From assembly GCA_013239625.1 (NCBI GenBank), contig MU054187.1, forward strand, positions 3,235,757-3,299,756: a stretch of 64,000 nt of DNA. Direction: 5' to 3'. Origin of the DNA: Lama guanicoe. Its lineage: Eukaryota. Both the position numbers and the translations under genes were made by a program. Every line of letters starts with the position of its first letter. The stretch's first letter is position 1. Below the pieces are notes generated by a model. It saw only the letters and a program-made list of their open reading frames with translations, did not search any database and was not told the DNA's origin. This document shows, piece after piece, positions 1-14,129 of the stretch.

Positions 1-374
1 GGGTGCTCTAAATTTGCAGTACGCTGCAGAGGCAAGCAGAAAGTGTGATTATAGAGACAGAGACAGGTGGTGTCGACTGAAAGCCTTTCTCTGGGAAGCC
101 CCGCCTGCTGCCTGGCCAAGCCTTCCTGTGTTTCCCATCACATCCTGCTTGAGAAGCACCGCCCACTGGAAGCCAGCAAATGGACCTCGAAACTCGAGGC
201 CCAGGTGTGTTTTCATTACTGTTCAGCCCTGACCCCTTTCCAAGACAGCCTGGCAAAACCGCTCCCTTTAAGAGTGGCTCAGGCATGGCCTCCTTGCAGG
301 GAAGCCGTCTCTGACCCTCAGTAGAACGTGGGACACGCGCCCACTGGCAGGTGCCTGACTCCGCCCTTCCTCAG

Positions 375-500
375 CAGGCTGTGTGCTTCCTGAAGTCAGG
401 GAGCGTGGCTTACGGGTCTTTGTGTCCACAGCTTCGCAGAGTACCCCTCACACGATAAGTGCTCAGTAAGTGTTTCTCAAATAAGCGAAAGAAATGAACC
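375..500 (+). mobile_element. L2 3' end fragment
   Basis: Resembles the L2 terminus (..aagtgctcagtaagtgtttctcaaataagcgaaagaaatgaa). Confidence 0.6.
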
Positions 501-3035
501 AGTTCCAGAAAATGTTCAGCAAAGCAGCGTCACAGAGGAGAGGAGACAGACCGTCTTCTAAGGAAATGGCTTTGAAACATCAGTAATTTCAGCTTTGATG
601 TGTGCCTTCTGGTACATCTGTTCAAAAATGGGTTCACTTTCAGTCTCGCCTTTTGGAAAACACGTGACCTCTAGTGCTTAACCCATCAGAAGGAGCCAAG
701 AGGGGAGACATTAAATTGCACCAACCGAAAGAATCCAGAAAGAGCTGGTGGTGAATGGGAGAGAAACAAAAAAGGGATTATTCTGTACTTTCAATTTCTG
801 TGTGTTTTTCTCTATGAATTGCTTAGTTATTTGATTTGTACAATATTTTAAAATTCCTTTAAAGCCATTTTAATTCAAGCATCTTTAAAGAGAGTCTAAA
901 AACGCAGCAGCTACTGTCTGAAATGGAATCTACCCGTGCTTCATGAAATGTCCACACATCGAAATGTGCATCACTGTTTAGGACTTGGAAAGAGTGAAGC
1001 ATCACCGTGAGCGAAGCATCATGATGCCACATGTAGGAACAGTCAGACCCATAGGGAGGCTTCCTAGGTCAGGCTGTGTATCGCAGCTGCACTTGGGAGC
1101 CCGCTGGGCCTCCTCTGGGCCTGCCCCCGAGTTCCCACTCCAAGCACGACCCTCGCACGTTGCCAGGAAGCCCGACGGTCCCCGCAAAGGGGGCTCTGGC
1201 CTTGCTCGCCCCCCGTGGCTGCTGGTTGCCAGTCGCTGGTTAGCACACTTTGCAAAGCACCGACTAAAAGCCTTTTTCTAAAAATCCATCTGATGCTCTG
1301 GGTGTAGCTGAACCAAAAAGGCATTCATTCAAACGACAACCAGACAGACTGACATCTTTGCAGCACGTGTTCCCGCTTTGCTAACTGCTGACTCGGTGAG
1401 ACGGTTCGGGACTGCTGAAGCCCTATGCACCACGGCAGGAACGGAACTGAAGGTGGTTCCACTCCTGCCACCCTCCATGGCCATCTGGTTCTCATAGATC
1501 CAGGGAGGTAGTCGCGAAGGAGAGATAAGTTTGCAAGTAAGTAAGTAAGAACATCTCTGGATCCTTGTGACCCGCAGGTGGGAGTCAAATCAGTGGAATT
1601 ATTGCTCCTCATTTTACATTGACAGGGTTCTCACCTGGCACTTTTCATTTTACAATTTTAAACAAATCTTCAATTCTTTTCTAGGAAGGAACTTTGTTAT
1701 AATATATATTATATAACCTAGTTCCTCTCTTCTAAAAAAAAATCCAGATCTAACAAGTGTCATTTAGCAAATATCTTATTGACAACATAATATGTTGCAT
1801 AAAATGTGAAGGCAGGGAGACTTCGAATCTTGGTCTTAATTTGGCGGTTTCAGTGTGGCTTTAGCTGGACTCTGTCTCTTTCCCGGGTCTCCACATCAAG
1901 CTCCCGCCTGGTCAGGCTCTATGGGTGTCACACCTGGCCATGAGCCTCCGTTAATGACTAGCTGGTTGCCCTGTGGTCTTCGACAGCACCCTGCAGTGTA
2001 AATCACCGCCTAGTCTGACTCTCGTTGTAGAGGCAGGACCCCCAGTCCCGAGGCTGCTCTGACCCTGGAGAGCTCTTCTCCGCTGACCCTTCCCTTGTTT
2101 CTCTCTGTTAAACTTCTAGATCATCTACATTTTACTCCTGCTGTAAGTATCAAGGATCACATTCTAAATCGCTCACCATCAAGGTCTCCATTCTTCTCAA
2201 CGATGCCCTTAGGCACAAACTTCCTCTTGCTCTGTTCCAAATCAAGTTAGCCCCCTTTAAGCAGACCCACTGGTGTCCTCTGTTCTTAGAGTCTCCCACT
2301 CCCCAGAGGCAGAGCCTCTATGCCACCAAGCCAGAGCCGGCGCTGGGGTCCACCCACTTCTCTCAGAACGGCACCCCTGCTCTATTACTGGGGCTCTGGG
2401 AAGGAAAGGTAGACCCTAGTCTTCCCAGCTTGCCCCGCATGGAACTTCTGCCCTGTGAGCAAGCTGGGGCGGGGGAGACCAGGGCGCAGTATTCTCAGCC
2501 CACAAGGTCGGGATCAAGCTTTGACCCTACAAGTGGGGGCTTGGTGGGAGGGGGAGCCCCGTCCTCTTGCTGGCACCCACCTGGAGTGGACCTTCTGCAG
2601 TACAAAGCTGGGAGCGGGAGGGGACGAGTGATGCCAACAGCCTGCCCCGCTGTGTTGAAACTAGGTCTAGACAGAGAAACAGAGGAAGTGGGAGCCGCAT
2701 CTTCATGGCCACGCCCACCCTGAGTAGAGCTTCTTCCTGTCCCACGGCGCTGGGGGTGGGGGCAGTCACGTGAGCAGGTCCTGGCTCAGCGGGACAGGGT
2801 CTCACTGTCCTCACAGAGACTTAGCGGATGTTCTTGAATAGATGCTTCTTCCTGTGATCTAGTCCCCAGGACAATTTTCATGGACTTGTGTATTTTCTAT
2901 TTAATAATTTTCACCAGTTAAAGGATTGTTTCACTGGAGAGAGGGTCTAGGGAGCTCCTAACTCTGCTGTTTAAGAAGTCAATCTCTCCTCACTTTTAAG
3001 TTCTTGCAGTCATGGCAATCTAAATATTTACCTTC

Positions 3036-3143
3036 CAGGCTGTGGGGCATAGCTCAGTGGTAGAGTGCAGTGCTTAGCATCCTTGATGTCCTAGGTTCAA
3101 TCCCCAGTTCCTCCATCAAAAAAATTAAAATAAAAAATAATAG
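3036..3143 (+). mobile_element. tRNA-derived SINE, camelid Vic-1-like
   Basis: A box tagctcagtgg, B box ggttcaatccc, A-rich tail, 12-bp TSD atatttaccttc at 3024-3035 and 3144-3155. Confidence 0.9.
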
Positions 3144-3487
3144 ATATTTACCTTCTTTTCATTGTAGGATCAGAAGAGTGTCATTAGTATCAATCAATAT
3201 GTGACTCTATAAATTCTAGTCCATGTGTTCTGGCACCTCAGTAAGATAATTTCCTTTAAGGCCAAGTGTCTCTCTCTTATTCTTATTGGCACGTTCTCAA
3301 AATCCTCCTTCTGGAATCAAAAAGAACAATCTTTTACCCTTCAGCTCCCCAGCCACGCCCACCTCCTGGGACAATGGAGGATAGTGGGTTCTATTAATCC
3401 CATGTTAAGATCTGTCAGCCTCAGATTGCACCCAGGCATTTAGTAGCAATAACTGATTTCCACGGATGACCTCGCCACTGAGGTCTC

Positions 3488-3916
3488 TATTGTGAGTTGA
3501 ATTGTGACACTCCAAAATTCATATATTGGAGTCTAAAACCCCAGTACCTCAGAACGTGACTTTATTTAAAAATAGGCTGTTGTAGATGTAATTTGTTAAG
3601 ATGAAGGCATTATGGTGAGCCCTAACCCAGTATTCCTGGTCTACTTTCTAAAAGGGGAAATATAGGCACAGACATACACACACACAGAGGACACCATGTG
3701 AAGACGGGGGTTACGCTACCACAAACAGGGGAACCATCAGATACTGGGAGGGAGGCCTGGGACAGACCCTTCCCTGGCTCCTTTGGAGGGAGAATGGCCG
3801 TGCCAACACCTTAGCCTCCAGCTTCTAGCCTCTAGAACTGTGACGCAAAACATTTCTGTTAGGTAAGCCACTCAGTTTATGGTGCTTTATTTCGGAAGCC
3901 CTAACAAACTGATACA
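3488..3916 (+). mobile_element. MaLR solo LTR (MLT1B/C-like)
   Basis: ttgaattgtg..cccagtacctcagaacgtgact start; gccaacacctt..ttctagcctctagaactgtga; ends aaactgataca. Confidence 0.85.
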
Positions 3917-5765
3917 ATGTTCACACTGATGGAAAATGATTTCTTGCTAGCCAGTGTGTCACTCCAAGTCATTTGCAACTTACTCAGAACTTATATAATG
4001 TTTGGAAGACCTGAGATTATTATAAAACTGACCCTTTAAAATTAAGAGCCACATAAAATGAAGGCTAGATAGTGGCTAATGGATACTGTTTGTCTCAGAA
4101 TCCAATAGAAAATGTATTGCAAGAAAAGTGCCTTTTAGTATGAAATTTCCAAGGGAAAATGGGAAAATCAGCTGGCAAGTGGTGAAGAACGCACACGAAT
4201 ACATCACACATGTGAGAAGCGTAACGTTGGTGCTACATTTTGTCTCCTGCAGCGTCTGCTCCGAGGTTTCACAGTCGCTGACTCATTTAACAAATATTTA
4301 TTGGGTGCCTCCACCTTGCCAGGCTCTCCTCGTCCCAGGGCTTATTAAATACCTGTTGAAACAAAGTGAAGTTGTAAGTCTATCTGTAAGTCCCTGGCGA
4401 CCCACTCTCGTCTCTGCTTAGTTACTGCTCTTTCTAGTTACTTAGAAACACATCCTGTCCTCAGGTTCCCAGAGCCTGCTGGAGCCCATACATCTAATAT
4501 TTCTCTTTTTCTCCGTCTGCCGGAGGCTCACAGTCAACGTCTCTGCCGGGGGCTGGTTTCTATGCTCTAATTGTTATGTGCTAGTTTTACGGGGGCCTCT
4601 GCAGTCACCCCTGAACCTGGGAAGACGCTAAGGGAAAGAACCCAATTTTGACAGATGGAAACTGACCTGTGGTTATCTCAGTTTCCAGTGAGGCTGCTCA
4701 TAGGTCAAGAGATAAATTTAAAACTCATTTGTGCGCACGCAGAGGCTTCTGGCTGAGGTATATTTAAAAACAAAACAGAACAAAATCTTTCTTCCTCTAG
4801 CTGACTTCTTGGCCTCAGGCTTCCCGCGATGTTTTTGTGAATCATGGGAAAAAACCAGGGAGGGTAGGTTAACGGAATGATTTATCAATTTCCACGTAAA
4901 GTTTACAATTAGTGATATAAAGCCGCAGTAATAATCTAACTTTCACATCAAAAGGAATTGGTCTTTGTCCTGGATCATTTGCTCTCACGTTAAGAGAATC
5001 CTGGATAGGGTTCTTCACAAAGGAAGCACTGCGTTTTTGTTCCATCAAGATGCACGAAAGTTTGCATCACATGATTCATTTTCCTTAACATGTGAGGGAT
5101 CCCATGCTGTGAAGCGGAGTCTTTCTCCCTCTGTTTGCGTAAGCTTAGACGGAGGGGGTGGGGCGACTCCTGCTCCGCTGACGCTCAGGGCTCCGCCCGC
5201 GGGCTTAGTGTTGGCATCACTTTCCCACGTACTGATTCTCAAAACGTTGTTTTGCTCTCTCCCTGCTGGTCTTCACAGGCCAGCGTCTGGCCCCAAGCCG
5301 CCTGGAGCTGGCCGCTTCCCCAAGGCCACAGGGGTGACCTTGCCCATGAGTTGGCTCCTTGTCCATTGCCAGGTGCACTGAGAGATTTAATTATCTGAGG
5401 GAGCCCCTGATACATGACAGAAAAAAAATAACTTGGAAATCTTTCTCACCTTTTTCCTTTTCTTGCTACCAAATCTTTAAGTCTGAAAATAAATGTGAGC
5501 CCCCCAGTTGGCAGGTTACATGGTGAGTTTGATTAAGTGCTTGACTCTGAAAAACCTGAAAGTTTTGACAACATTCTGTGAAACATGCAAAGATGGCTTG
5601 CCTCCCTCACAACAAAAGCGATCACACTGAGATATTTCTTTCCTGTAATATTGATAAAAACCCGAATGTTCTCTGCTGGGGAGGCTGTGGAGAATCAGGA
5701 GCCGTCGTGCCCTGATGTAAGGATGGGGTGGCAAACGAACGGAATGTACCTCTCAAGGAATAAAG

Positions 5766-5860
5766 AGAAGGAAGGAAGGAAGAATGGAGGGAGGGAGGAA
5801 GGAAGGAAGGGGGGAGGGAGGGAGGAAGGAAGGAGGAAAGCAAGGAAGGAAGGAAGGAAA
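5766..5860 (+). repeat. (GGAA/GGGA)n purine microsatellite, probably within an old L1 3' remnant
   Basis: Tandem repeat seen directly. Confidence 0.9.
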
Positions 5861-8800
5861 ACAGATGAAGCAAATGTGACAAGGTATTAAAAGTCGTTGA
5901 AGTCCTGTGATGAAGTATGAGGCTTATCATCCTAGTCCTTCCACTAGGTTTTGTTTGAAACTTTTCTTAATAAAAAATTAAGAAAATGTTTAGTTTTATG
6001 AGACAGAAACCTTGGAGCAGCTCGTGCTGCCTGCAGGCACCAACCTCGCTGTAGATGACACTGTGCCTGGCAATGACGTCAGGCTGGCGCCCAGTTTCAG
6101 GTGAAAACCCAAAGCACAGATGTCGGGTTGCTAATAATAAATAAACTCTTTTAAAAGAGATCGAACATCTTAAAGTACTAACTGTAAAATGCAGTTTAAC
6201 TGGTCACATAGGAAAATGCAGGAAATAAATGTAAGGAAAGGACAGTAACAAGACCTCAGTGTGGGAGCCAGGATGCGCGGCCAGACGGCGTCTCTGAAGC
6301 CTGAGAGATCCCCGTTCTCAGCGCCCTTCGAAGCAAAGAAACCACCCCGTTTTCACATTTAATGCTCACTTTAGCTAGCTTCCCCTTCCTCCGCTCTCCC
6401 GTGATTCCTGACTGCGTGCTGCGGAGGTGAGGATGGGGACATGCTCCGAGCCTGCAGGACGCTCGCCACCTGCCAGGTGTTTAGACAGCTGCGTGACTGA
6501 CCACGGGAGGTCCTCACTGAAGAGAGAAAACTGACACCAGCAAAGGGCAAGTTAAAATAAGGACCAAAACTTCGCTTAAAAAAAGGAGATCTGAAAACCT
6601 GATTGAGTCTCTGTCTTAAAAAATAAACCAACCGTCATGACAATGGGCTTGTTTTGTTGTATTTGGTTAGACATAGATATACTTAAACCATGCAGATTCA
6701 CGGAGCAAAGAGTTACACATGCCGTTGGTGTAGCCATAATCTTACCGACAATTTGTCTGACAGTATGTAATAGAATACCCTTCACTTCCTGTTTGACTTT
6801 CGCAGCAGATCCTAAAGAGGATTATTCAAAAACACAGGCACTCACGTCCCGTCAGCACCTGTTAGTCAGTTCTCCGCAGGTCACTCTCCTCTAGAAGCAC
6901 CTGTCGCGTGTGTCAGTAATTACCAGTCTTTCCTTTCTCTGCTTCACCGACCCGGCTGGCTTGTGACTTAGGCTGTTCCCCGTCATCGGTTCCACCAATT
7001 TCATGAAATTCTGTAAATTTTCATCTCCGCTTTACAAACACTTTGCACTTTGCTACCTAAAACCCAGCAGGACTGACTGAGAGACATCGCCAAAGGGATG
7101 CAGGTGTCAGTCGGGGAGGCGTGGCTGCTAATTGTGTGAGGTCAGTTTATTAGCGGTTTTTCCTTCTCTGCGAGGCGGTATCGCTCTAGCGAGCACTCAG
7201 GCCGTGGGCCCTCCTGTAGCTGTCAACGCTGTCACGTGCAACGCCTCCACCTCGGGGAGGCATCCCATCACCTGAGGAGCTTCATGAAGCGATCTGAAGG
7301 CAGGAGTCGTCTGAGAAAGTTCTTCAGGTAACCGTGACGAGCGCCCCTTTCCATGGAGAACCACCGAGGAAGAGCAAGGGAACTAAAGCCTGAGGCAAGG
7401 ATTCGGGGGTTTGCAAAGCAGAGCCTGGCGGGAGAGCCCAGACCGAGGCAGGGCGTGGCCATGCAGCAGAAAAGTGCAGAAATGGGAAGCAGTGTGAAGC
7501 CCTGAGGGCCAGGGCTCGGCCTGGGATTAGTCACACACGAGGCAGGAGGGCAGGACGGCCCAGCCCACAGCACCTCTAGACGACAGGACTGGTTTGGTAA
7601 GAAATGGGGAGCCAGGGAAGGTTTCTGAGTGGTCCGCGGCCTCAGCACAATGGGCAGGAAGTGAGGACGAAGAGCGTTTTTACGTAGTTGGCTCCATCCT
7701 CCTAGCTTGGGTCTCGGTGGAGAGCGGGTGGCAGCGCAGTCCTCCAGGGGGATGGTTTGAGGGGCCGTAGAGAAAGCAGTCCTTCCTACAGTATTGGCTC
7801 ACTGACCTGAAAGAGGGCTGGTGATTTCTGTGTCACTCAGTTCCTGTGGGACTCCGGCCTCTGCCTCTGTTGAAATGCACGTGCTGTTTGGGGGGAACCC
7901 ACAACAGCAACTCGACACCTTCTCATCACTGGGTTCCCACTCCGGGCGTGGCAGGTTCCTGTAGAAGTTTTGTTAGGGGGAAACGCAAAAGGAAGATCTA
8001 TTCCAAGGGATAAGATCGGCGTCGTGGGGAACTCAGGGCAACTGGGGGTCAGGCTGAGCAGCAGCGACGGAAGGAAGGAGAGTGATGCCGCCAGAGCCCC
8101 CGAGGGTGGGAAGGAGCCAGAGCAGGACCGGGGCAGGGCTGGCGGAGCCTGCACCTGCCTCACAGCCGCAGGTAGGGCCAGCGTCTCCCTTGCATCTCTC
8201 CCTTCCTCGCTCCTGGATGCTGACTTGAGGATGAGACAAAGCAGAACTGAAAACGTTCTGTTGTGACGTCTTCGAAGAAAACTGGATCCTGTTACCACAT
8301 ATGTGTGTTCACAACCCATTCCAGCCTTGGCTTTTTGGAATAAGTTAGTGAGGTCTGCCCGTTCTCCAAGAACTAAAACCATGCTGGAAAGCACCTACGC
8401 GTCTTCCCTTTGGGTTCCCCAGCTGTGGTCGCGGGCGGAGTCGTACTCATGTCATTTGCTGTAACGTGTAAAACTTGCTAAGAATTCTACCTTTTGGAAT
8501 GTATTTTCCAACTTCTCACAATAATTATTATCATCCTTTTATTTTCAGGGAGTGGTTTGTGCATTGCCACCCATAAAACAGTATAAAATCAAGGAAACAC
8601 AGGTTCATTTTCAAATTCTGTCTTTTTGTTTAAGGATGGATGTGCCCCCATCATTTCTCTGCGATTGGCTCACCTAATTCTCTGTCTGCAAATATAAAGT
8701 GAGAAACAAGGCGACATTCTAGATAACTCAGAACAACTTTTTGCCTCAGTTGTTCTCTTTATTTCAACTGAAATACAATTTAGGGGTGAACTGTATGACT

Positions 8801-9178
8801 TTCACTTCAGTTCTTCGTCAGACACTGCATGTCTGTAAATAACACGAGTCTTATTCACACTTTGTCCTCCACAGTCACTCCCGCCTCTGTCATGTGAGCT
8901 CAGTGGAGAGGTTTGCAGGCAACCAGGCAAGGGAAGCCAGAGCCCTTTGAAAAGCCCATATTTGGAAGGCTGCCAACCCCTCCCTTGGATCCTTGCACTG
9001 AAGATAAAGTGAGCATGTGTCTGTGAGGGGTAGCCTGGGTTTGGAAACTTGTGACCTGAAAGGAAGAGATGGCTAAGTGGCATGGCCGGAAAGACCAGTG
9101 ACCAGCACCGTTCAATTAGCAGAGTGTGACTTTGTCATGATCAGAGCTATGCTCTTAATGAAGCTCAGCTTTCTTTTT

Positions 9179-9694
9179 ATAATTTTTTAAATTGAAGTAG
9201 AGTTGATTTACAATGTTGCATTAGTTTCAGGTGTACAGCTAAGTGATTCAGTTACACATACATATATATTCTTTTTCATATTCTTTTCTCATAGGTTATT
9301 ATAAGGTATTGAATATAGTTCCCTGTGCTGTATAGGAGGTCCTTATTGCTTATCTGTTTTATATGTAGTGTGTATATGTTAATCCCAAACTCCTGATTTA
9401 TCCCTCCTACTTGTCCCCCTGGGTAACCATAGTCTGTTTTCTATGTCTGTGAGTCTCTTTCTGGTTTATGAATAAGTTCATTTGTATCATTTTTTTAGAT
9501 TCCACATATAAGTGATATCATATGATATTTGTCTTTCTCTGTCTGACTTACTTCACTTCCTATGATAATCTCTAGCTCCATCCATGTTGCTGCAAATGGC
9601 ATTATTTTATTCTTTTTAATGGCTGAGTAGTATTCCACTGTATAGATATACCACAGCTTCTTTATCCAGTCCGCTGTTGATGGGCATTTAGGTT
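9179..9694 (-). mobile_element. 5'-truncated L1 3' end (cetartiodactyl-type 3' UTR)
   Basis: L1 3' motifs (ccatccatgttgctgcaaatggc, tggctgagtagtattcc); TSD atgaagctca(g/a)ctttcttttt at 9158-9178 and 9695-9715. Confidence 0.9.
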
Positions 9695-12274
9695 ATGAAG
9701 CTCAACTTTCTTTTTCTCTCCCAGGAACCCCTTCCTGCCATTCCACTGCACCACACACACACACACACACACAAAATGATCCCCAGCCCAGGTTTGCATT
9801 TAAGTCCCATCACAGTCAGCCAGTCTTGAGCTAAGCTCCTGATTGGTCAGTGCCCTCCAGGCCTCACTGCACGTCTGGAAACACTGCAGTGTTTCTGGCC
9901 CTAGATGCTCTGACACAGCTGGCTGATCGGACACGGCTGCATCTCTGTGCGCTCTCAGCAGGATCCCTGCTGCTATGTGTCCCCAGCACCACATGAAGGC
10001 CGTGCACCCCCTGAGAGTGTGGACTCCCCAACAGAGCGTGGGGCTCCAGTCTAACCACTTGGCACATCATTTCCTCCTTGGGGAGCTCCCAGGGATGCAC
10101 GGCAGCATTACTTGAAATCAGGCCAACCCAGACTGTCACCCAATTTTAGGGAAAACTTATGCAGTTTTTTTTCAAGTAATGTGATAACAGGTAGAAAACT
10201 AGATTTTCTAGAGAGAAAATCTCCTGATATCCCACCAGACGTATGTGCACTTTGGGAAAAATGGAAGGGATAGAACCTACCCTCCCTCCTTGAAACCTTC
10301 CCCCACTTCTCTTCAACACGGGCCAGCCCGAGCAGAAAGGTTCCCAGGAGCGACGCTGACCCCACACCTGCACAGACCCCGCCAGCCACCCCACACCAGG
10401 GCAGCTGCAGAGGCAGGGACAGTGACTCCACTGGCCGCCACTCCCCTTTCTGCCCACCCGGCCAAATTAGGAAGCAACTGGAAACTGATCAGTGACTGTT
10501 CTGATACTGTTTGGACTTGCTCCAGTGCTGCCGTTCTGCACATCTCAGTATATGTCTTTGCAAATTTCTGTATCAGTCCAAAACAGCACGCTAGGTGAAG
10601 ATACGTCTGAATAGATTTGTTCTTTATTGGTTGGATTAAAAACCATTAAGGCGAGGCAGGCTCGTGCGAGGAAAGAACACCAGTGGAAGTGGTGGAGGGA
10701 GGTGTGTATCTTTGCTTGGGTATTAATAGGCTCTGTGACCTTAGGCAAATCCCTTCCCCTCCTGGGCTTTCATCTTTAAAATGAAGACCCTGGGGGAAAA
10801 TCCAGCATCAGATTCATAATCATCAGGAGGAGACAAGAAGGAGTCAGAAAGGAGTGAACAGACGAGGCTGTAAGGAAATGGGCTTGACGGCACCCGCGGG
10901 ACATTTATATTTAAACATTTAAAGGCCAAATAAAGCGCGGTGGCAAATTCGTTGTGAGAGCGGCCGGGTGACCCCTTCACCAGAGGGGCTTTAAGGTTCT
11001 TGTTGCCTTCAGACATGACGATCTGAAAAGAAGTTTGGTTAAACATTTATTTTATTTGGAAAAACTAAATATTGGGGTCTTTATAGAAACAATAAAAGTT
11101 TTCTACAGAAGTTCATGTTGAATTCCATAATATTTCAAATTTAAGATTTTATTACACATCATGGCAATATTTGAGTACACAAAAGTACCGTATTTCCCAT
11201 CCATCCATCTCCTGCTCACAAAGACGGCCTACAATTAGGAAGGTACTGAGCTGTGGTCTTGATTTACCTCAAGGAGAGAGCTTTCTTCCAAGTCAGAATG
11301 GATTCTGTTTCCTGCTCCCGACTTCACAGCACGGAGTTTGAATTTCCCACGTGTCCTGATGGGACGACATGGCATCTCCACTCCAAACTCTCCAGGCCTG
11401 GTGTTTTCTACACCCATTGTTGTCACACGTGCAGAAGGTGGACGTCTGATTTGGAAGGAGGCAGAAAGAACCAAAGGGGAAAAAGGTATAATTCAGCAGA
11501 ATATCCAGGTGGCATTTACGGCTAAACAATAGGTTTACGTGTTAACTTCTTCCCAGTTGGATTTGGGCGCTGGATTAGCTCGGCCCCGGCACCCGCCCAG
11601 GGAGAACCACCTCCGCCGCGAGCAGCCAGGGGCAGCGGGAGTGGAGATGCACAGGGAGACGGATGTGCTGCTCCGCTCTGCTCTGGGGCTGAGTACGCGC
11701 CTGTCAGGGGCTTTGCGCTTGACTTGGTCCACCTGTAACCAAAGAGGACGCACCAGCTGAGCTGGGGGCCATCCTGAGGGCGGCTCCCTTTGACAGTGAA
11801 ATGGTCCAGCTCCTGCCATCTGGTGCCCACAGCCCAGAGTGAGCAGGAGGCATGATAATTATCACGGATGTTCAGGAGAGGGCAGACAGAGAGAAGGACG
11901 AGGACTCATGAGTGAATCGGCTCCTTCAAGTTCACCAAAGGCAGCCTCCTTGTGCGGGGCTGAGGACCCCGGGGCAGAGGATGTGAGTCTCCTGGCCGGC
12001 CAGTGGCTAAAGGACCTGAGGGCTGGCAGTGGGCTCGGCTGTGGCTGCAGCCTGGCCCGTGCCCCACCCCCGGGCACCTGCCGCCGCTGCTGCTCTCTGC
12101 CTGCATCTCCAAACCGGCAGGGTCTCACGGGGCTCAGCGTCACCCTCCTTGCACAGCTGAGTAAACTGACATGCAGGGACGGGAGGAAGCTGCCCCAGTC
12201 CTCAGCACTCAGGGACGGGTCAGGACGCAAGCTGGTCTGCTTGACTTCAAAGCCCCTGTTTTCCCACTAGGGCA

Positions 12275-12762
12275 GCGAGTGGTTCACCTGCGTTTTGTGC
12301 TCAGGACCCTTTGCGCGCTCAGAGGTTGTGGAGGGCCCCACAAGGCCTTGGGCTTGTGTTGGTGATGTGTGTCATTATTTATCACCTTAGATACTGAAGT
12401 TGAGAAAACATTTAAATATGCGTTTACTCGTTTTAAATTAACAATAATAAAATCGTATGTTAAAAATAGCCTATATTTAAAAAATCTCTTTACTGTTCAA
12501 AAGAAACAAACAATAATGAGAACGACACATCGTTTTACGTTTCTGCAAGTCTCTTTAATGTCTGGCTAAGAGAAGACTCTCGTATCTTCTTCTGAATTCA
12601 GTTTGTTGCAGTATCATCCTGTAGCCTGGAGAAAATTCCACTGGAAAACTCACAAGTGAACAACGTCTTGCCATTATTTTGAAAACAATTTTCACCTTGA
12701 AGACCCCCTAGAAGAGTGTCAGGGACCCCAGGGCTCTCCAGACCGCTCTTTGAAACCCGCTG
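12275..12762. mobile_element. hAT-Charlie non-autonomous DNA transposon
   Basis: Degenerate cagtggttc-type termini; internal ctctttaatgtctggc; end gggaccccaggg..gaccgctctttgaaacccgctg. Confidence 0.7.
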
Positions 12763-13813
12763 CGCCGTGGCGCACCCGCCTGCATGGCGGTGGAGGTTGG
12801 GTCTGCACCATACAGGTCCCCTGGCTGTGTCTGCTCGGGACCCCTCCCCAGCGCAGGGCAGTCACAGGCCAGGAGCCGTTGTGCGAGGGTCTTAGAAACC
12901 CCGCCTTCAAGCAAACGTCCTTAAAGATCTCAGGGTTGTGGCTTCCTGTGAGGATGACAGAGTGTCTCATTCACCAATGTGGGCCCAGAAGAGTAGCCCT
13001 GTCACTCTGACAGTGCCTGCACGGCTGTGCTCTTAGAAGGGGGGCTGCTGTGCCCTGGGAGGCCGCACTGCTCCTCCCCTACCAGACTGACCCAGCCATG
13101 AGCCGTCTTCTGAGTATCAGTTTCTGCAGCTCGTACGCAGAATGGTAAAGGCATTTACTACGGAGTGCTGCTTTTAACTTTCACTGTGAAAATGTGAGCC
13201 TTCGTATGTGCTGGGCAGATGGTGGGCACTGTCCGCTCTTCTCCTTGGCTGGGGTAGGGCAGAGTCAGGGTAGCCTTCTGGATAATGACCATCAGAAAGA
13301 AGCCGCAAGCAAGGGAAGAGACAGGACCCAGGGTCAGGCTAACAAGCTGGAGTGAGCTGAACAGAGATGAGGACCCAGTAGGGGAACAGACTCACCTACC
13401 AGCGCCAGGTGCCGAGCTCGGTCAGGAAGACGGACCCCTGCCAGCTCAGCTCAAGGTCAGGAACATCACGGATCAGAACCAGAAGGGGCAAGGGCAGGCC
13501 AGGCGTCAGCTCCCATCCTGAGGCACTGTGCTGGCGGAAAGAGGCTTCTCGGACACTGAGGTCCCGCATCGCTGTTGCCTTATCTGGTGCCACGCGGTGT
13601 CCTGGCAGAATGCATCTGACATCATTTCTGTAATAGGATACTATGTACGTAAAGTCTACTTTCTCAGAGGCTAAACTTTGTTGATTTTTCAAAATAATCT
13701 TTCAGGCGAGCTTTGAGCATTTACAGATGTCTACATACATCTTTTTTGAATACAGTTTCCATTAACTTCGTACCTTCGGACCAGGAGTAGTTCTAAAAGA
13801 GAGTGGACATGAA

Positions 13814-13880
13814 TGTGTGTGTGTGTGTGTGTGTGTGTGTACACGTGTGTTAATGCGGAGATGTATGTATGTATGTATAT
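13814..13880. repeat. (TG)n and (TGTA)n microsatellite
   Basis: Seen directly. Confidence 0.9.
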
Positions 13881-14129
13881 ATGCATAAGTGTATATATAT
13901 TTGATTGCTTTAAACTCTGCCTTACAGTATCCTTATATTATTTCTAACTATTGACTATTTCTCTTGGTATCTGCCAACATTAGGAAGATTAAACGATGCA
14001 CGTGCGTGTGTAGAAATGGATGCTAAGTAGCTCGAAAGATGATAGACATGCAGATAGAGACAGGTGACAGGTGTTTAGGGCACAGTAGCTTCCTTCCACG
14101 ATTAGGGACCAGACAACATGAACCTGAAG

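Noticed and set aside
3044..3115. tRNA gene
   Set aside because: Degenerate stems, A-tail and TSD show it is a SINE.
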